Of a DNA stretch of 64,000 nt, positions 9,485 through 17,614 are shown in pieces. A model generated the notes under the pieces. That model was given only the letters and a program-made list of their open reading frames with translations. It was not told the DNA's origin and ran no database searches. Within the stretch, counting starts at the first letter, position 1. Each line of letters starts with the position of its first letter. A program made the position numbers and the translations under genes. Source of the DNA: a virus; the IMG/VR virus record IMGVR_UViG_3300048088_000336, positions 15,463 to 79,462 of that record; one strand, written 5' to 3'.

Positions 9485-10179
9485 GTCGTCTCGCGGCCGT
9501 CATGGTCGCGTTGTGTGCGCTGGTCGCCCTCGTCGCCGGTTGTAGCCCCGGTGGCGGGGGCGTTCCCGCGCATGGTCCGATCGTGGTGCGCAACCAGGCA
9601 CCACCACCACCGATCCAACCGGCGAGCCTCGACATTCCGCAGATCAGTGTGCACTCCACTCTGATTCCGTTGGGTGTTGTCGCGGATGGCCCCGATAAGG
9701 GCGCGGTGGCGGAACCGGATGTCAACCATCCACAGCAGGCGGGCTACTACTGTGTGACCCCGCAACCCGCACCGGTGCCGCCTGTGTGCACGTGGGGTGT
9801 CGTCCCGGGCGCGCTGGGTCCGGCTGTGATCATCGGGCATGTGGATGGGTCGATCCGCAACGGGGCGCATCAACAGGGTGTGTTCTTTCGCCTCCACGAG
9901 CTGCGCCCCGGTGACCAAGTCGACGTCACCCGATTGGATGGCAGTGTCGTAGCGTTCGAGGTGTACCGCAGTGTGCAGGTGGATAAGCGCACCGGGTTCC
10001 CCACTCAGGACGTCTACGGCAACACCACCGCCCCAGAGTTGCGTTTGATCACGTGCACGGGGAAGTTTGTGGGCGGTCCGTTGGGATATAAGGACAACCT
10101 GATCGTTTTCGCCCGGCTGGCGGGGGTCACTGCGGCACCGGTGGCCGCTCCGAACTCAGTACCGGTTCCCCGGGGTTGA
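9481..10179 (+). CDS. srtF: Class F sortase (predicted lipoprotein)
   Basis: PGALGPAVIIGHVD (His), VFFRLHELRPGD, ELRLITCTG (Cys), YKDNLIVFA; lipobox-like VAGC. Confidence 0.92.
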   Translation: MSRLAAVMVALCALVALVAGCSPGGGGVPAHGPIVVRNQAPPPPIQPASLDIPQISVHSTLIPLGVVADGPDKGAVAEPDVNHPQQAGYYCVTPQPAPVPPVCTWGVVPGALGPAVIIGHVDGSIRNGAHQQGVFFRLHELRPGDQVDVTRLDGSVVAFEVYRSVQVDKRTGFPTQDVYGNTTAPELRLITCTGKFVGGPLGYKDNLIVFARLAGVTAAPVAAPNSVPVPRG

Positions 10180-10327
10180 GTCCGTAGTCGCAGCGCAGCA
10201 CGGCGAGTAGCTGCTCTGGGGTGAGTTCGACGCGGACTCGTCGCGGGGGCAGTGCGGCCATGGTGTGCCAGGCGTAGCTGTAGTCGTCCATGCGTACGCA
10301 GGGTAAGCCCCTCACGGCGACAGCGCA

Positions 10328-10352
10328 CTGTGGTATGGTTGGTGGCGTTCCG
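10328..10352 (+). promoter_or_regulatory. Class I promoter, copy 2
   Basis: CTGTGG-TATGGT-N7-GTTCCG, then GAGGAGG RBS and ATG 10375. Confidence 0.7.
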
Positions 10353-10374
10353 GTCCCCTTGAGGAGGCGCCCCC

Positions 10375-10683
10375 ATGGACTACGTCAAAACCATGTTCGG
10401 TCAGAACGCCCAGCACGTTCCCGCCTGGCTCTACATCCAAGACGCGGGCCACGGCGTGGTGACCTTCGCCGGATCATCCATGTCATCACCGGCCGACCAC
10501 CCGCTGCGCTACGCATCCCCGCGCACCCACCAGTTCATCGTCGGCGAGATCATCGTCCGGCCACACCTCATCGTCGCCACCGACGCACTCCGAGGTAAAG
10601 GACTAGCCAATCTGATCACCATCGAACACGACATTGACCGCATGCTCACCGACGGGGAGATCCTGCTCGGCCGCCGCCCATGA
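10375..10683 (+). CDS. Hypothetical protein
   Basis: Strong RBS and GC3 bias; coupled to the next gene. Confidence 0.7.
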   Translation: MDYVKTMFGQNAQHVPAWLYIQDAGHGVVTFAGSSMSSPADHPLRYASPRTHQFIVGEIIVRPHLIVATDALRGKGLANLITIEHDIDRMLTDGEILLGRRP

Positions 10684-11690
10684 TGTCGCCAGGCCACAGC
10701 CTGTCCGGCCCACCCGTGGCCTACTCCCTGTGCCTTCTCTACGAACTGTCCACAGGTGTGGAGCTGGCCTGGGGAATCCCGCACATCGCCGCGATCATCG
10801 TCGCCGGATGGTGCAACTGGCCCGACTGCGACACCCTGAAGTCCACCGTCTCCACCTCCCTGGGGATCATCACCCGCAGCCTGCACGAACTCGTCGTCAT
10901 GCTCTGCGCCGTCATCTACTACGCCACCCGCTCCGAAAAAGACGACCCCAAAAAGCCCGTCATTCACCGGGGCGCCACCCACACGTGGCCCGGCGCTGTC
11001 TTCATGGGCCTGCTGGTCGCCGTGATCTGCCTCGCCTGGCCGATGTGGGGAACCATCGGTGTTCTCGGAATCTCCCTGCACTGGGCGATGCGCGGCCTCT
11101 ACATCCCCAACTCCCCCGACAAGCCACTCGGTAAGACCGCCCTGGACGGGCACAGGCTGTTCGCCCGAATCGGCATCGTGGTCTACCACCGCATGGGTGT
11201 GGCCCTGAAACGCAATGCCGTGGAGATCCTGCGCATGCTGCCCATGCCCGGCAAGTACCTGCGGGCGTTCGGGCGCACCGGCACTTTCGCGATCTGCCTC
11301 GGTGTCGCGTTCATTCTGGTCCGGGCGACCCCCGCGCTGGACACCCCGTGGGCGGGCCTGCTCGGTGCCGCCGCCGCCGTCGGTGTCCTCACGCACATGG
11401 TCGGCGACAGCGTGACGGAGTGCGGCATCTGTTGGTTCTTCCCCTTCAGGCACCCCCGCACCGGGAAACGGTGGGAGTTCGTGCACCTGCCGAAGTGGTT
11501 GGCTTTCAAAACCGGCCGGGCGTTCGAGTACGGCATCGTCTACCCCCTGCTGATGCTCGCCGCGATGGTCGCCATGCCCGGTGGTTTCGCCCTGGTCTTG
11601 GAGGTTTACGCCGCGTGGCGCACCAACCATGTGCAGGCGACGGCGCTACGGTTCGCGCCATGGCTAACGGAACCTCAACTGACTCTCTAG
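10680..11690 (+). CDS. YdjM-like membrane metal-dependent hydrolase
   Basis: GHSLSG, PDCD, HRGATHT and HMVGDSVTECG motifs; multiple TM segments. Confidence 0.85.
   Translation: MMSPGHSLSGPPVAYSLCLLYELSTGVELAWGIPHIAAIIVAGWCNWPDCDTLKSTVSTSLGIITRSLHELVVMLCAVIYYATRSEKDDPKKPVIHRGATHTWPGAVFMGLLVAVICLAWPMWGTIGVLGISLHWAMRGLYIPNSPDKPLGKTALDGHRLFARIGIVVYHRMGVALKRNAVEILRMLPMPGKYLRAFGRTGTFAICLGVAFILVRATPALDTPWAGLLGAAAAVGVLTHMVGDSVTECGICWFFPFRHPRTGKRWEFVHLPKWLAFKTGRAFEYGIVYPLLMLAAMVAMPGGFALVLEVYAAWRTNHVQATALRFAPWLTEPQLTL
11613..11659 (+). promoter_or_regulatory. Class II (putative late) promoter, leaderless
   Basis: GCGTGGC-N27-TACGGT-N7-ATG 11660. Confidence 0.45.
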
Positions 11691-12139
11691 ACACCCCGGC
11701 TGAGGACACCCCGGCCGACAAGGACGCCGCCGCGTCGGTGAAGTCCCGCCGAGCGGGCAAGCGCCCGCAGGCAACCCTCGACAACGGTATCGACGACGAA
11801 CCGGAAGCCGAGATCCGCTCCCATCCCCTGGAACTGGCCGCGCACCGGCCGTCCCCCGCGCACACCCTGACCGGGTCATGGATCGCCGGGCACATCACGT
11901 CCACCGACTACACGGTCGCGCGGGACCACGCCTACCTCACCTGGTACCCGGAGGGCTGCCAGCAGACGTCGACGCGTCTGCTGTGGACGCGGGGGCAGCA
12001 CGTGCTCCGGGAGTACTACGACCGCTTCGGCGGGGACAACGCCCCCTCCGAGCCGCACCTCGCGGAAGCGGTCAACGAACCGGGCGGGGGACTGTTCGCG
12101 GAAGGCCGGGGCATGGCATCGGTGGGCATCGAAAGCTGA
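11660..12139 (+). CDS. Hypothetical virion-associated protein
   Basis: Stop overlaps the next start; shares a short motif with the N-terminus of 6052-6534. Confidence 0.65.
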   Translation: MANGTSTDSLDTPAEDTPADKDAAASVKSRRAGKRPQATLDNGIDDEPEAEIRSHPLELAAHRPSPAHTLTGSWIAGHITSTDYTVARDHAYLTWYPEGCQQTSTRLLWTRGQHVLREYYDRFGGDNAPSEPHLAEAVNEPGGGLFAEGRGMASVGIES

Positions 12140-12756
12140 TGGCCCCGGTTGTCATCGTCGAGGAGGTTCGCCACTACCTGTCGAGCCCCCCGTGGAGCGG
12201 GTACCAGGAGGCGTCCTGTGCTCTGCTGATCGACCAGCGGCAGCGGGAGCTTCAGAACTACCTGTCGTGCCCGATCGACCCGATCGACTTCACTGAGAAC
12301 GTCGAGGTCCTGGCGTCGGGTCTACTGGCCACGACCTACCCGGTGTTCGCTGTGCTCGGCATCGACTCGGTGGTGGTGTCCCCGCAGGCTGTGTTCGGTG
12401 AGGCTCTCCCGGCCCCGTACACGTGGCGGGGGGAAGGGTGGGTGACCGCGCCGACCCCGACACCGGGCGGCCCGGCGAACACCAGCCGCCCCTACACGAT
12501 CACCTCGGGGGACTGTTACGCGCTGCGGGTGCCGTTTCATTACCTGGCCGGGTGGGGACCGCAACCCGACATCACTGGGGCGATCATCCAGAAGGTGGCG
12601 GCCGTGATGCTCAACCGCCACGATGACACGGTCACCGCGCGGGCCCTGGACGCGAAGCCGCCGCCACCGTTGAAGGAAACGTGGCTACCGGAGGAACTCA
12701 AAGCCCTGTCCTACCGTCGGATCCGGCGCGGTGGCACAGCCCGGAGCACGTGGTGA
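12139..12756 (+). CDS. Head-tail adaptor-like protein
   Basis: EEVRHYL N-terminus and YLAGWG...ITGAIIQKVAAVMLN; position between head and tail genes. Confidence 0.65.
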   Translation: MAPVVIVEEVRHYLSSPPWSGYQEASCALLIDQRQRELQNYLSCPIDPIDFTENVEVLASGLLATTYPVFAVLGIDSVVVSPQAVFGEALPAPYTWRGEGWVTAPTPTPGGPANTSRPYTITSGDCYALRVPFHYLAGWGPQPDITGAIIQKVAAVMLNRHDDTVTARALDAKPPPPLKETWLPEELKALSYRRIRRGGTARSTW

Positions 12757-13238
12757 TCCGCATCAGTGTCGAGGGTTTGACGGCGGTGAAGGACCACCTG
12801 GAGGACATGCGCCGCCGCGCCGAGGATGTGTCCCCGGCGTGGGAGGAGTTCCTGGAGTGGTGGGTGACGACCAACGTGGAGCAGTTCAGTTCACGCGGCG
12901 CCCGCTGGCGGACCCCGTGGAAGCCGCTGGCGCCGCGCACGGTCGCAGAGAAGCGCCGCCAGGGGTACCTGTCGGAACCGTTGGTGCGCACCACCCGGTT
13001 GCGTAACGCGATGACCCGGCGCCCCCTGGAGGTGGAGCGGGTCACCGCCACTGATGTTGAGGCCGGGACGGACCTGTATTACGCGAAGTACCACCAGTCG
13101 GGCACGAGGTACATGCCCGCCAGGAAACTGATCAACGCTGATGCGGTGGCCCGGGAGGGTGCGGCCGGTGCGGCCGTACTGTCGTGGATAGTGGAGGGCG
13201 TCCCGAACACGGGTGGCGTGCGACGGTTGGAGCGCTGA
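12753..13238 (+). CDS. Virion morphogenesis protein (Mu gpG / P2 S-like)
   Basis: WKPLAPRT, LVRTTRLRNAM, GTDLYYAKYHQSGTRYMPARK. Confidence 0.85.
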   Translation: MIRISVEGLTAVKDHLEDMRRRAEDVSPAWEEFLEWWVTTNVEQFSSRGARWRTPWKPLAPRTVAEKRRQGYLSEPLVRTTRLRNAMTRRPLEVERVTATDVEAGTDLYYAKYHQSGTRYMPARKLINADAVAREGAAGAAVLSWIVEGVPNTGGVRRLER

Positions 13239-13564
13239 TGGACTGCCCATTTTGTGACCGGATCGCCAACCATGACGTTGACCCGTACTACTCCGATGAC
13301 CGGGCGGTGACGTTCGCTCCCCTGGATCCGGTCACCAAAGGGCATCTTCTGGTGGTGTCCCGCACCCATATTCACAACGTGGGTGAGGATCCGATGACAG
13401 CGGGGCGGGTCATGGAGATGGCCGCCCGGATTGCCCGCACCGTCGGCGACGCCAACATCATCACCTCGATCGGTCCGGCCGCCACCCAAACCGTGCGGCA
13501 CCTGCACCTTCATGTGGTGCCCCGCCGCGCCGGTGACGGCCTGAAGCTGCCGTGGGCGCCGTGA
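13238..13564 (+). CDS. HIT-family nucleotide hydrolase
   Basis: CPFC, GHLLVV, and histidine triad QTVRHLHLHVVPR. Confidence 0.92.
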   Translation: MDCPFCDRIANHDVDPYYSDDRAVTFAPLDPVTKGHLLVVSRTHIHNVGEDPMTAGRVMEMAARIARTVGDANIITSIGPAATQTVRHLHLHVVPRRAGDGLKLPWAP

Positions 13565-13878
13565 TGTTGGATTCGATGCACCGCGCCCGCACGGGACGCC
13601 ACCTCGGGCTGACCCTCTACGCGCAGCTCGGCACCTGTCCGGACGACTCCGATGTGTTCCTGGCCCTGTTCAACACTCGCGAACTGGCCCGCACCGCTGA
13701 GAACGCACTGAATGGATTGACCGTGGTCTCCCCACCCTGGTTGGCGATCGGCCGCCTGATCTACCCGGTGACCAACCCGGTGCTCGCCGGGGAGTTCATC
13801 GGGGTCGCGACCAGTGATGAGGTCGCCGAGCGGATCACTGAGGCGGTCAGTCGCGGCTGGACGGTGGGTCATGGCTGA
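13564..13878 (+). CDS. Hypothetical protein
   Basis: Translationally coupled ORF within the operon. Confidence 0.55.
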   Translation: MLDSMHRARTGRHLGLTLYAQLGTCPDDSDVFLALFNTRELARTAENALNGLTVVSPPWLAIGRLIYPVTNPVLAGEFIGVATSDEVAERITEAVSRGWTVGHG

Positions 13879-14509
13879 GCACGGGGCGAAACCGGTCCGG
13901 GACAAGGTCACGGCCTTGCTGGCCGCTGACCTGCCGAACCGGATCCCGATGGCCTGCAACTTGTGGGCCCTGGATAAGGCGGAGCTGCCCACCCCCGACA
14001 TGATCCATTCGGGGGATGTGGCTGACGGGGTGTTGGATCATCGGGGCGAGACGTGGATCGAGGTCATCACCCCGCGCCTGCTGCCCCGCACCCGCACCAT
14101 GGGATTGAACCCCAACGGGTACATGACCCACCGGTACCGGTATTCGGCCCGCATCTACGTGTGGGTGATCTCCCCAGTGTGGGATGACGCCGTCGACATC
14201 TGCAACCGCACCGCCACCGTCACCCGCGACTCCCTGATGGCCTACCCGACCCTGGCCCCACCCCCCGCCGTGGGCGACACCGGGTTCCTGGTCCGTTACG
14301 ACACGATCGCCGAGGATTTCGGGGAACCGTTCCGTATCGGTGGCCGCAACGGTGGCTCCCCCCGGGTTCGGATGGGTGCCCTGCTCAATTACGAGATCGA
14401 ACACGAGTACGCGGCCGGTGACCCGGACACCACCGCCGCGTGGGGCACATTCGACACTTACGACCTGCGGGTGACGCTGGTACCCGTGCTGACTCGCATC
14501 GGAGGATGA
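13871..14509 (+). CDS. Tail terminator/completion-like protein
   Basis: Position before the sheath gene, size and beta-rich pattern; function inferred. Confidence 0.5.
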   Translation: MAEHGAKPVRDKVTALLAADLPNRIPMACNLWALDKAELPTPDMIHSGDVADGVLDHRGETWIEVITPRLLPRTRTMGLNPNGYMTHRYRYSARIYVWVISPVWDDAVDICNRTATVTRDSLMAYPTLAPPPAVGDTGFLVRYDTIAEDFGEPFRIGGRNGGSPRVRMGALLNYEIEHEYAAGDPDTTAAWGTFDTYDLRVTLVPVLTRIGG

Positions 14510-14511
14510 CC

Positions 14512-14721
14512 ATGCCTGTTTTGATCAACACGGGTCGCGCGGGAGTCACCTATGACGACGCCGGGCACTCACTCGGCGGGGGTGAACGCATTCCCGTCAC
14601 CGAGGTCGACTACACCGGGCAGGACGCCATCGACCGGGGAATCCTGCGGGTGGAAGACGACCCGCCCCCCGCTACGCCACGGGACCGCGACACCGAACCC
14701 GGCGCGTCGCAAGCGGAGTAA
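14512..14721 (+). CDS. Small hypothetical protein preceding the sheath
   Basis: GGAGG RBS at 14501. Confidence 0.6.
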   Translation: MPVLINTGRAGVTYDDAGHSLGGGERIPVTEVDYTGQDAIDRGILRVEDDPPPATPRDRDTEPGASQAE

Positions 14722-14741
14722 CCCCGCGATCCTGCGATGAT
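14702..14741 (+). promoter_or_regulatory. Class II promoter upstream of the sheath gene
   Basis: GCGCGTC-N27-GATGAT. Confidence 0.5.
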
Positions 14742-14770
14742 CCGCCCGTGCCGATCCACGGGAGGGCCGC

Positions 14771-16234
14771 ATGGCTGTAGGTGTCACCGTTGCCCGCACC
14801 GCTGCGGCCGGATCGCTGTACCCCATTCCCGTTCCGAGCGCCTCCTATTTCGTGGTGGGCCTGGCCAACCGTGGCCCGTCGGTCGACGTCGTGCGCGTGA
14901 CGTCGATGGCGCAGTTCGAGGCCGCGTTCGGTACCCGCCCCAGCTTCGGCAACCTCTACGACGACGTCTCCACGTTCTTCTCCGAAGGCGGCGGTGAGGC
15001 TTACGTCGCCCGCGTCGTCGGACCGGCCGCCACCCAAGGGTCCCTGGCGACCCCACTGGCGGACCGCGCCGGTACCCCGGTGAGCACCATGCAGGTCACC
15101 GCCAAAGGGCCGGGCGCGTGGTCCTCGGATGTCACTGTCTCGGTCATCGCCGGGACGGTCCCCAACACGTTCACCCTCTCGATCTCCTACCTGGGTGTCG
15201 AGGTGGAACGGTTCGCAAACCTGACCTCCCCGCAGGACGCGGTCACCAAGACGGCCGGATCCGCGTGGGTGACTTTGACGGATCTCGCGTCGGTGACGAC
15301 CGCGCCGAACAACAATCCCGCCGTGGTGGGCCCGGTGGCCCTGTCGGCCGGTGCCGATGACCGGGGGTCGGTGGACGCCGCCGCCATGGTCACCGCCTTG
15401 AACCGGTTCGGTGGCCAGTTCGGTGACGGGTGCGTCGCCATCCCCGGTGGGGGGGACGCCACGCACGCGGGACTGCTGACGCACGCCACCGCGAACAACC
15501 GGCTGGCGATCTGTGTGTCCGCGCGGGGCGCGTCAGCGACCCAGTTGGCGACGTTGGCGGCCGGATACAACTCCGAGTACGGGGGGCTGTTCGGTCCATG
15601 GGTGCAAACCCGGGACGCGTTCGGTGGGACCCTGGTGATCCCACCGGACGGTTACATCGCCGCCGTGCGGGCTCGCGCGCACCGCGATGTGGGCCCATGG
15701 CAGGCCCCAGCGGGGGAACGCGCCCGATCCTCAGTTGTCGTGGGTGTGGATCAGATTTTCGATTCCGCCACCGCCAACGCCCTGGAGGACGCGAAAGTCT
15801 CCCCGATCCTGCCCACCACGGGTGGGGTTCGGCTCTACGGGTGGCGGTCCCTGTCGGCGGACACCGCGAACTGGCGGCTGCTCACCGGTGTGGACACGAT
15901 CAACCGGATCGTGATCGCCGCCAGTCAGCAGCTTCAGCTCCTCCTGTTCGAGACGATCGACTCCAAGGGGCACCTGCTGTCCCGCGTGGAGGGCGCCCTG
16001 ATCGGCATTGTGCAACCCATGGCCGACGCAGGCGGGCTGTACGCGTGGGTGGACGCGGACCCCAACGGGGGCAATCCCGTGCAGCAGGACCCCGGTTACG
16101 CGGTCACCACGGACCCGTCCCGGGAGGTGGCGTCAGCCAACATGGTTGTCGCCAACGTCGCGGTGCGCGTGTCCCCGACCGGTGCGCTGATCGCATTGAC
16201 CGTGACCAAGGTCGGCGTCACCCGGCGATTCTGA
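14771..16234 (+). CDS. Contractile tail sheath protein
   Basis: FVVGLANRGP, FFSEGGGEAYVARV, AKGPGAWS, IPPDGYIAAVRAR, PWQAPAG and LYGWRSL are sheath motifs. Confidence 0.93.
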   Translation: MAVGVTVARTAAAGSLYPIPVPSASYFVVGLANRGPSVDVVRVTSMAQFEAAFGTRPSFGNLYDDVSTFFSEGGGEAYVARVVGPAATQGSLATPLADRAGTPVSTMQVTAKGPGAWSSDVTVSVIAGTVPNTFTLSISYLGVEVERFANLTSPQDAVTKTAGSAWVTLTDLASVTTAPNNNPAVVGPVALSAGADDRGSVDAAAMVTALNRFGGQFGDGCVAIPGGGDATHAGLLTHATANNRLAICVSARGASATQLATLAAGYNSEYGGLFGPWVQTRDAFGGTLVIPPDGYIAAVRARAHRDVGPWQAPAGERARSSVVVGVDQIFDSATANALEDAKVSPILPTTGGVRLYGWRSLSADTANWRLLTGVDTINRIVIAASQQLQLLLFETIDSKGHLLSRVEGALIGIVQPMADAGGLYAWVDADPNGGNPVQQDPGYAVTTDPSREVASANMVVANVAVRVSPTGALIALTVTKVGVTRRF

Positions 16235-16244
16235 GGAGTAGAGC

Positions 16245-16658
16245 ATGAAAGCTGCGGCACGCCAGTGGCTCGTCACGGTGGCCGCCCTGGGCAATCGGAC
16301 GTTCGCCGAGAAGTCCGGTGGGGAGAAGAAGTCTGAGACCACGAAGTGGCGTGATGGTGGCGCAGTGTTCTCCGATGTGATCACCGCGCCCCCGGAGATC
16401 TCCGATGTGGTGCTCACCAACGCTTATGACCCGGATGTCGACGCGGCCATGATCTCCACGCTGCTCACTCAGGTCGGGGTGCTCACCACCACGATTACTC
16501 AGGTTCCGCTTTACGGTGACATGACCCGCGTGCCTGGGGTGAAACCACTGGTGTACACGGGGGCAGTGCTCACGGCGGTGACGCCCCCGGACCCGAACTC
16601 GAACTCCGGTGACCCCGGCACCTACAAGCTGACGTTCTCCGTCAACGCGCTGACCTGA
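16245..16658 (+). CDS. Tail tube protein (T4 gp19-like)
   Basis: 137 aa directly after the sheath; FAEKSGGE...WRDGG pattern; GAGGAG RBS. Confidence 0.8.
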   Translation: MKAAARQWLVTVAALGNRTFAEKSGGEKKSETTKWRDGGAVFSDVITAPPEISDVVLTNAYDPDVDAAMISTLLTQVGVLTTTITQVPLYGDMTRVPGVKPLVYTGAVLTAVTPPDPNSNSGDPGTYKLTFSVNALT

Positions 16659-16662
16659 TCGT

Positions 16663-16726
16663 TTACGGGTGGTGCGGGCTGACCTCGATACTCACAGGGG
16701 TCGAGGTCGGCCCGGACTGCCCGTAA
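16663..16726 (+). terminator. Long imperfect hairpin between tube and chaperone genes
   Basis: TTACGGG..CGGGCTGACCTCGA / TCGAGGTCGGCCCG..CCCGTAA. Confidence 0.6.
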
Positions 16727-16743
16727 CCCTGTGAGGAGTACCC

Positions 16744-17316
16744 GTGTCTGATCGCGTTCTCGACCCCGGTTTCGCCTACCACGACCGCACCCAGGACCCC
16801 GCGTCACCGCCCATAGTCGACACAGTCGACACCAACGGGCACGCCCCCCTGTCGAGCCTGGACGACCTGCGGTTGGCGCTGGAGCAGTCCGATGCGGTCG
16901 CCCAGCAGGAGTTCGAGGACTACATCCTGTTCGGGCCGGGCAAAGTGATCCGCTTAACGTGCTCCACGGACCTGGCCCAACACGACCTGAAGTCCGACCA
17001 GTTGGCCGCGATCCCCCGCGCCTACCGGCGCAAACGCATGCCCGATGCCACGAAAATGAATGAGGCCGAGGCCCTGGGTCGGGTCATCGGGCGGCAAACT
17101 CTCGAGATCGCGCTGCGCCAAGCCGACGGCAGTTACCGGGCCATGCCGGGCACGTTCGCCGACGCCAACATTCTGACCGCGTTCGGTGCCGCTGAGGTTC
17201 ATGTCGCGGTCGGTCGGGTGTTCGCCAACGACGCCTACCTGATTCGTGCGGGTGAGGAACTGCTCGAAGCGTGCGGCTACGGGGAGACCAGGCCGGGTGA
17301 CGGGGGCCCTACGTAA
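16744..17316 (+). CDS. Tail assembly chaperone (G-like)
   Basis: Between tube and tape measure genes; GAGGAG RBS; ends in a slippery heptamer. Confidence 0.75.
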   Translation: MSDRVLDPGFAYHDRTQDPASPPIVDTVDTNGHAPLSSLDDLRLALEQSDAVAQQEFEDYILFGPGKVIRLTCSTDLAQHDLKSDQLAAIPRAYRRKRMPDATKMNEAEALGRVIGRQTLEIALRQADGSYRAMPGTFADANILTAFGAAEVHVAVGRVFANDAYLIRAGEELLEACGYGETRPGDGGPT

Positions 17317-17549
17317 CGCCGGGCCCGCGCGAGCTGCTGCGGGAGGCGACGATCGAGTGGCTGGCCGGTTTGGGTCCGGTGCAGGAGGCCGCGATGGTGG
17401 CCCGGTTGTTTCGGCAGGATCCGGCCGCGCTGCTCGACGACGCCGGGGATGAGTGGCCGATGCTGGTGCGGGTCGCCGCTGCCCGCTATGTGGTGCGCTG
17501 CGAGGAGGCCGCCGCGAAACGGGAGCGGGAGTCAGCGAAGGGCCCCTAG
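17301..17549 (+). CDS. -1 frameshift extension of the chaperone (GT-like), absent from the ORF track
   Basis: The -1 frame is open 17301-17549 and reads VTPGPRELLREATIEWL...RESAKGP; G GGC CCT heptamer at 17304-17310. Confidence 0.7.
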   Translation, partial: RGPYVTPGPRELLREATIEWLAGLGPVQEAAMVARLFRQDPAALLDDAGDEWPMLVRVAAARYVVRCEEAAAKRERESAKGP

Positions 17550-17551
17550 CC

Positions 17552-17591
17552 GCGTGTCGTGCCCGCTGGGGGCCTCGGGCGCTGCCACGAT
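17552..17591 (+). promoter_or_regulatory. Class II promoter upstream of the tape measure gene
   Basis: GCGTGTC-N27-CACGAT. Confidence 0.55.
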
Positions 17592-17614
17592 CACCGGGAC
17601 TCGGGAGGTGATCG

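Noticed and set aside
10127-10315. Small - strand ORF overlapping the sortase 3' end
   Set aside because: No clear RBS or motif and a 53-nt antisense overlap; too weak to list as a gene
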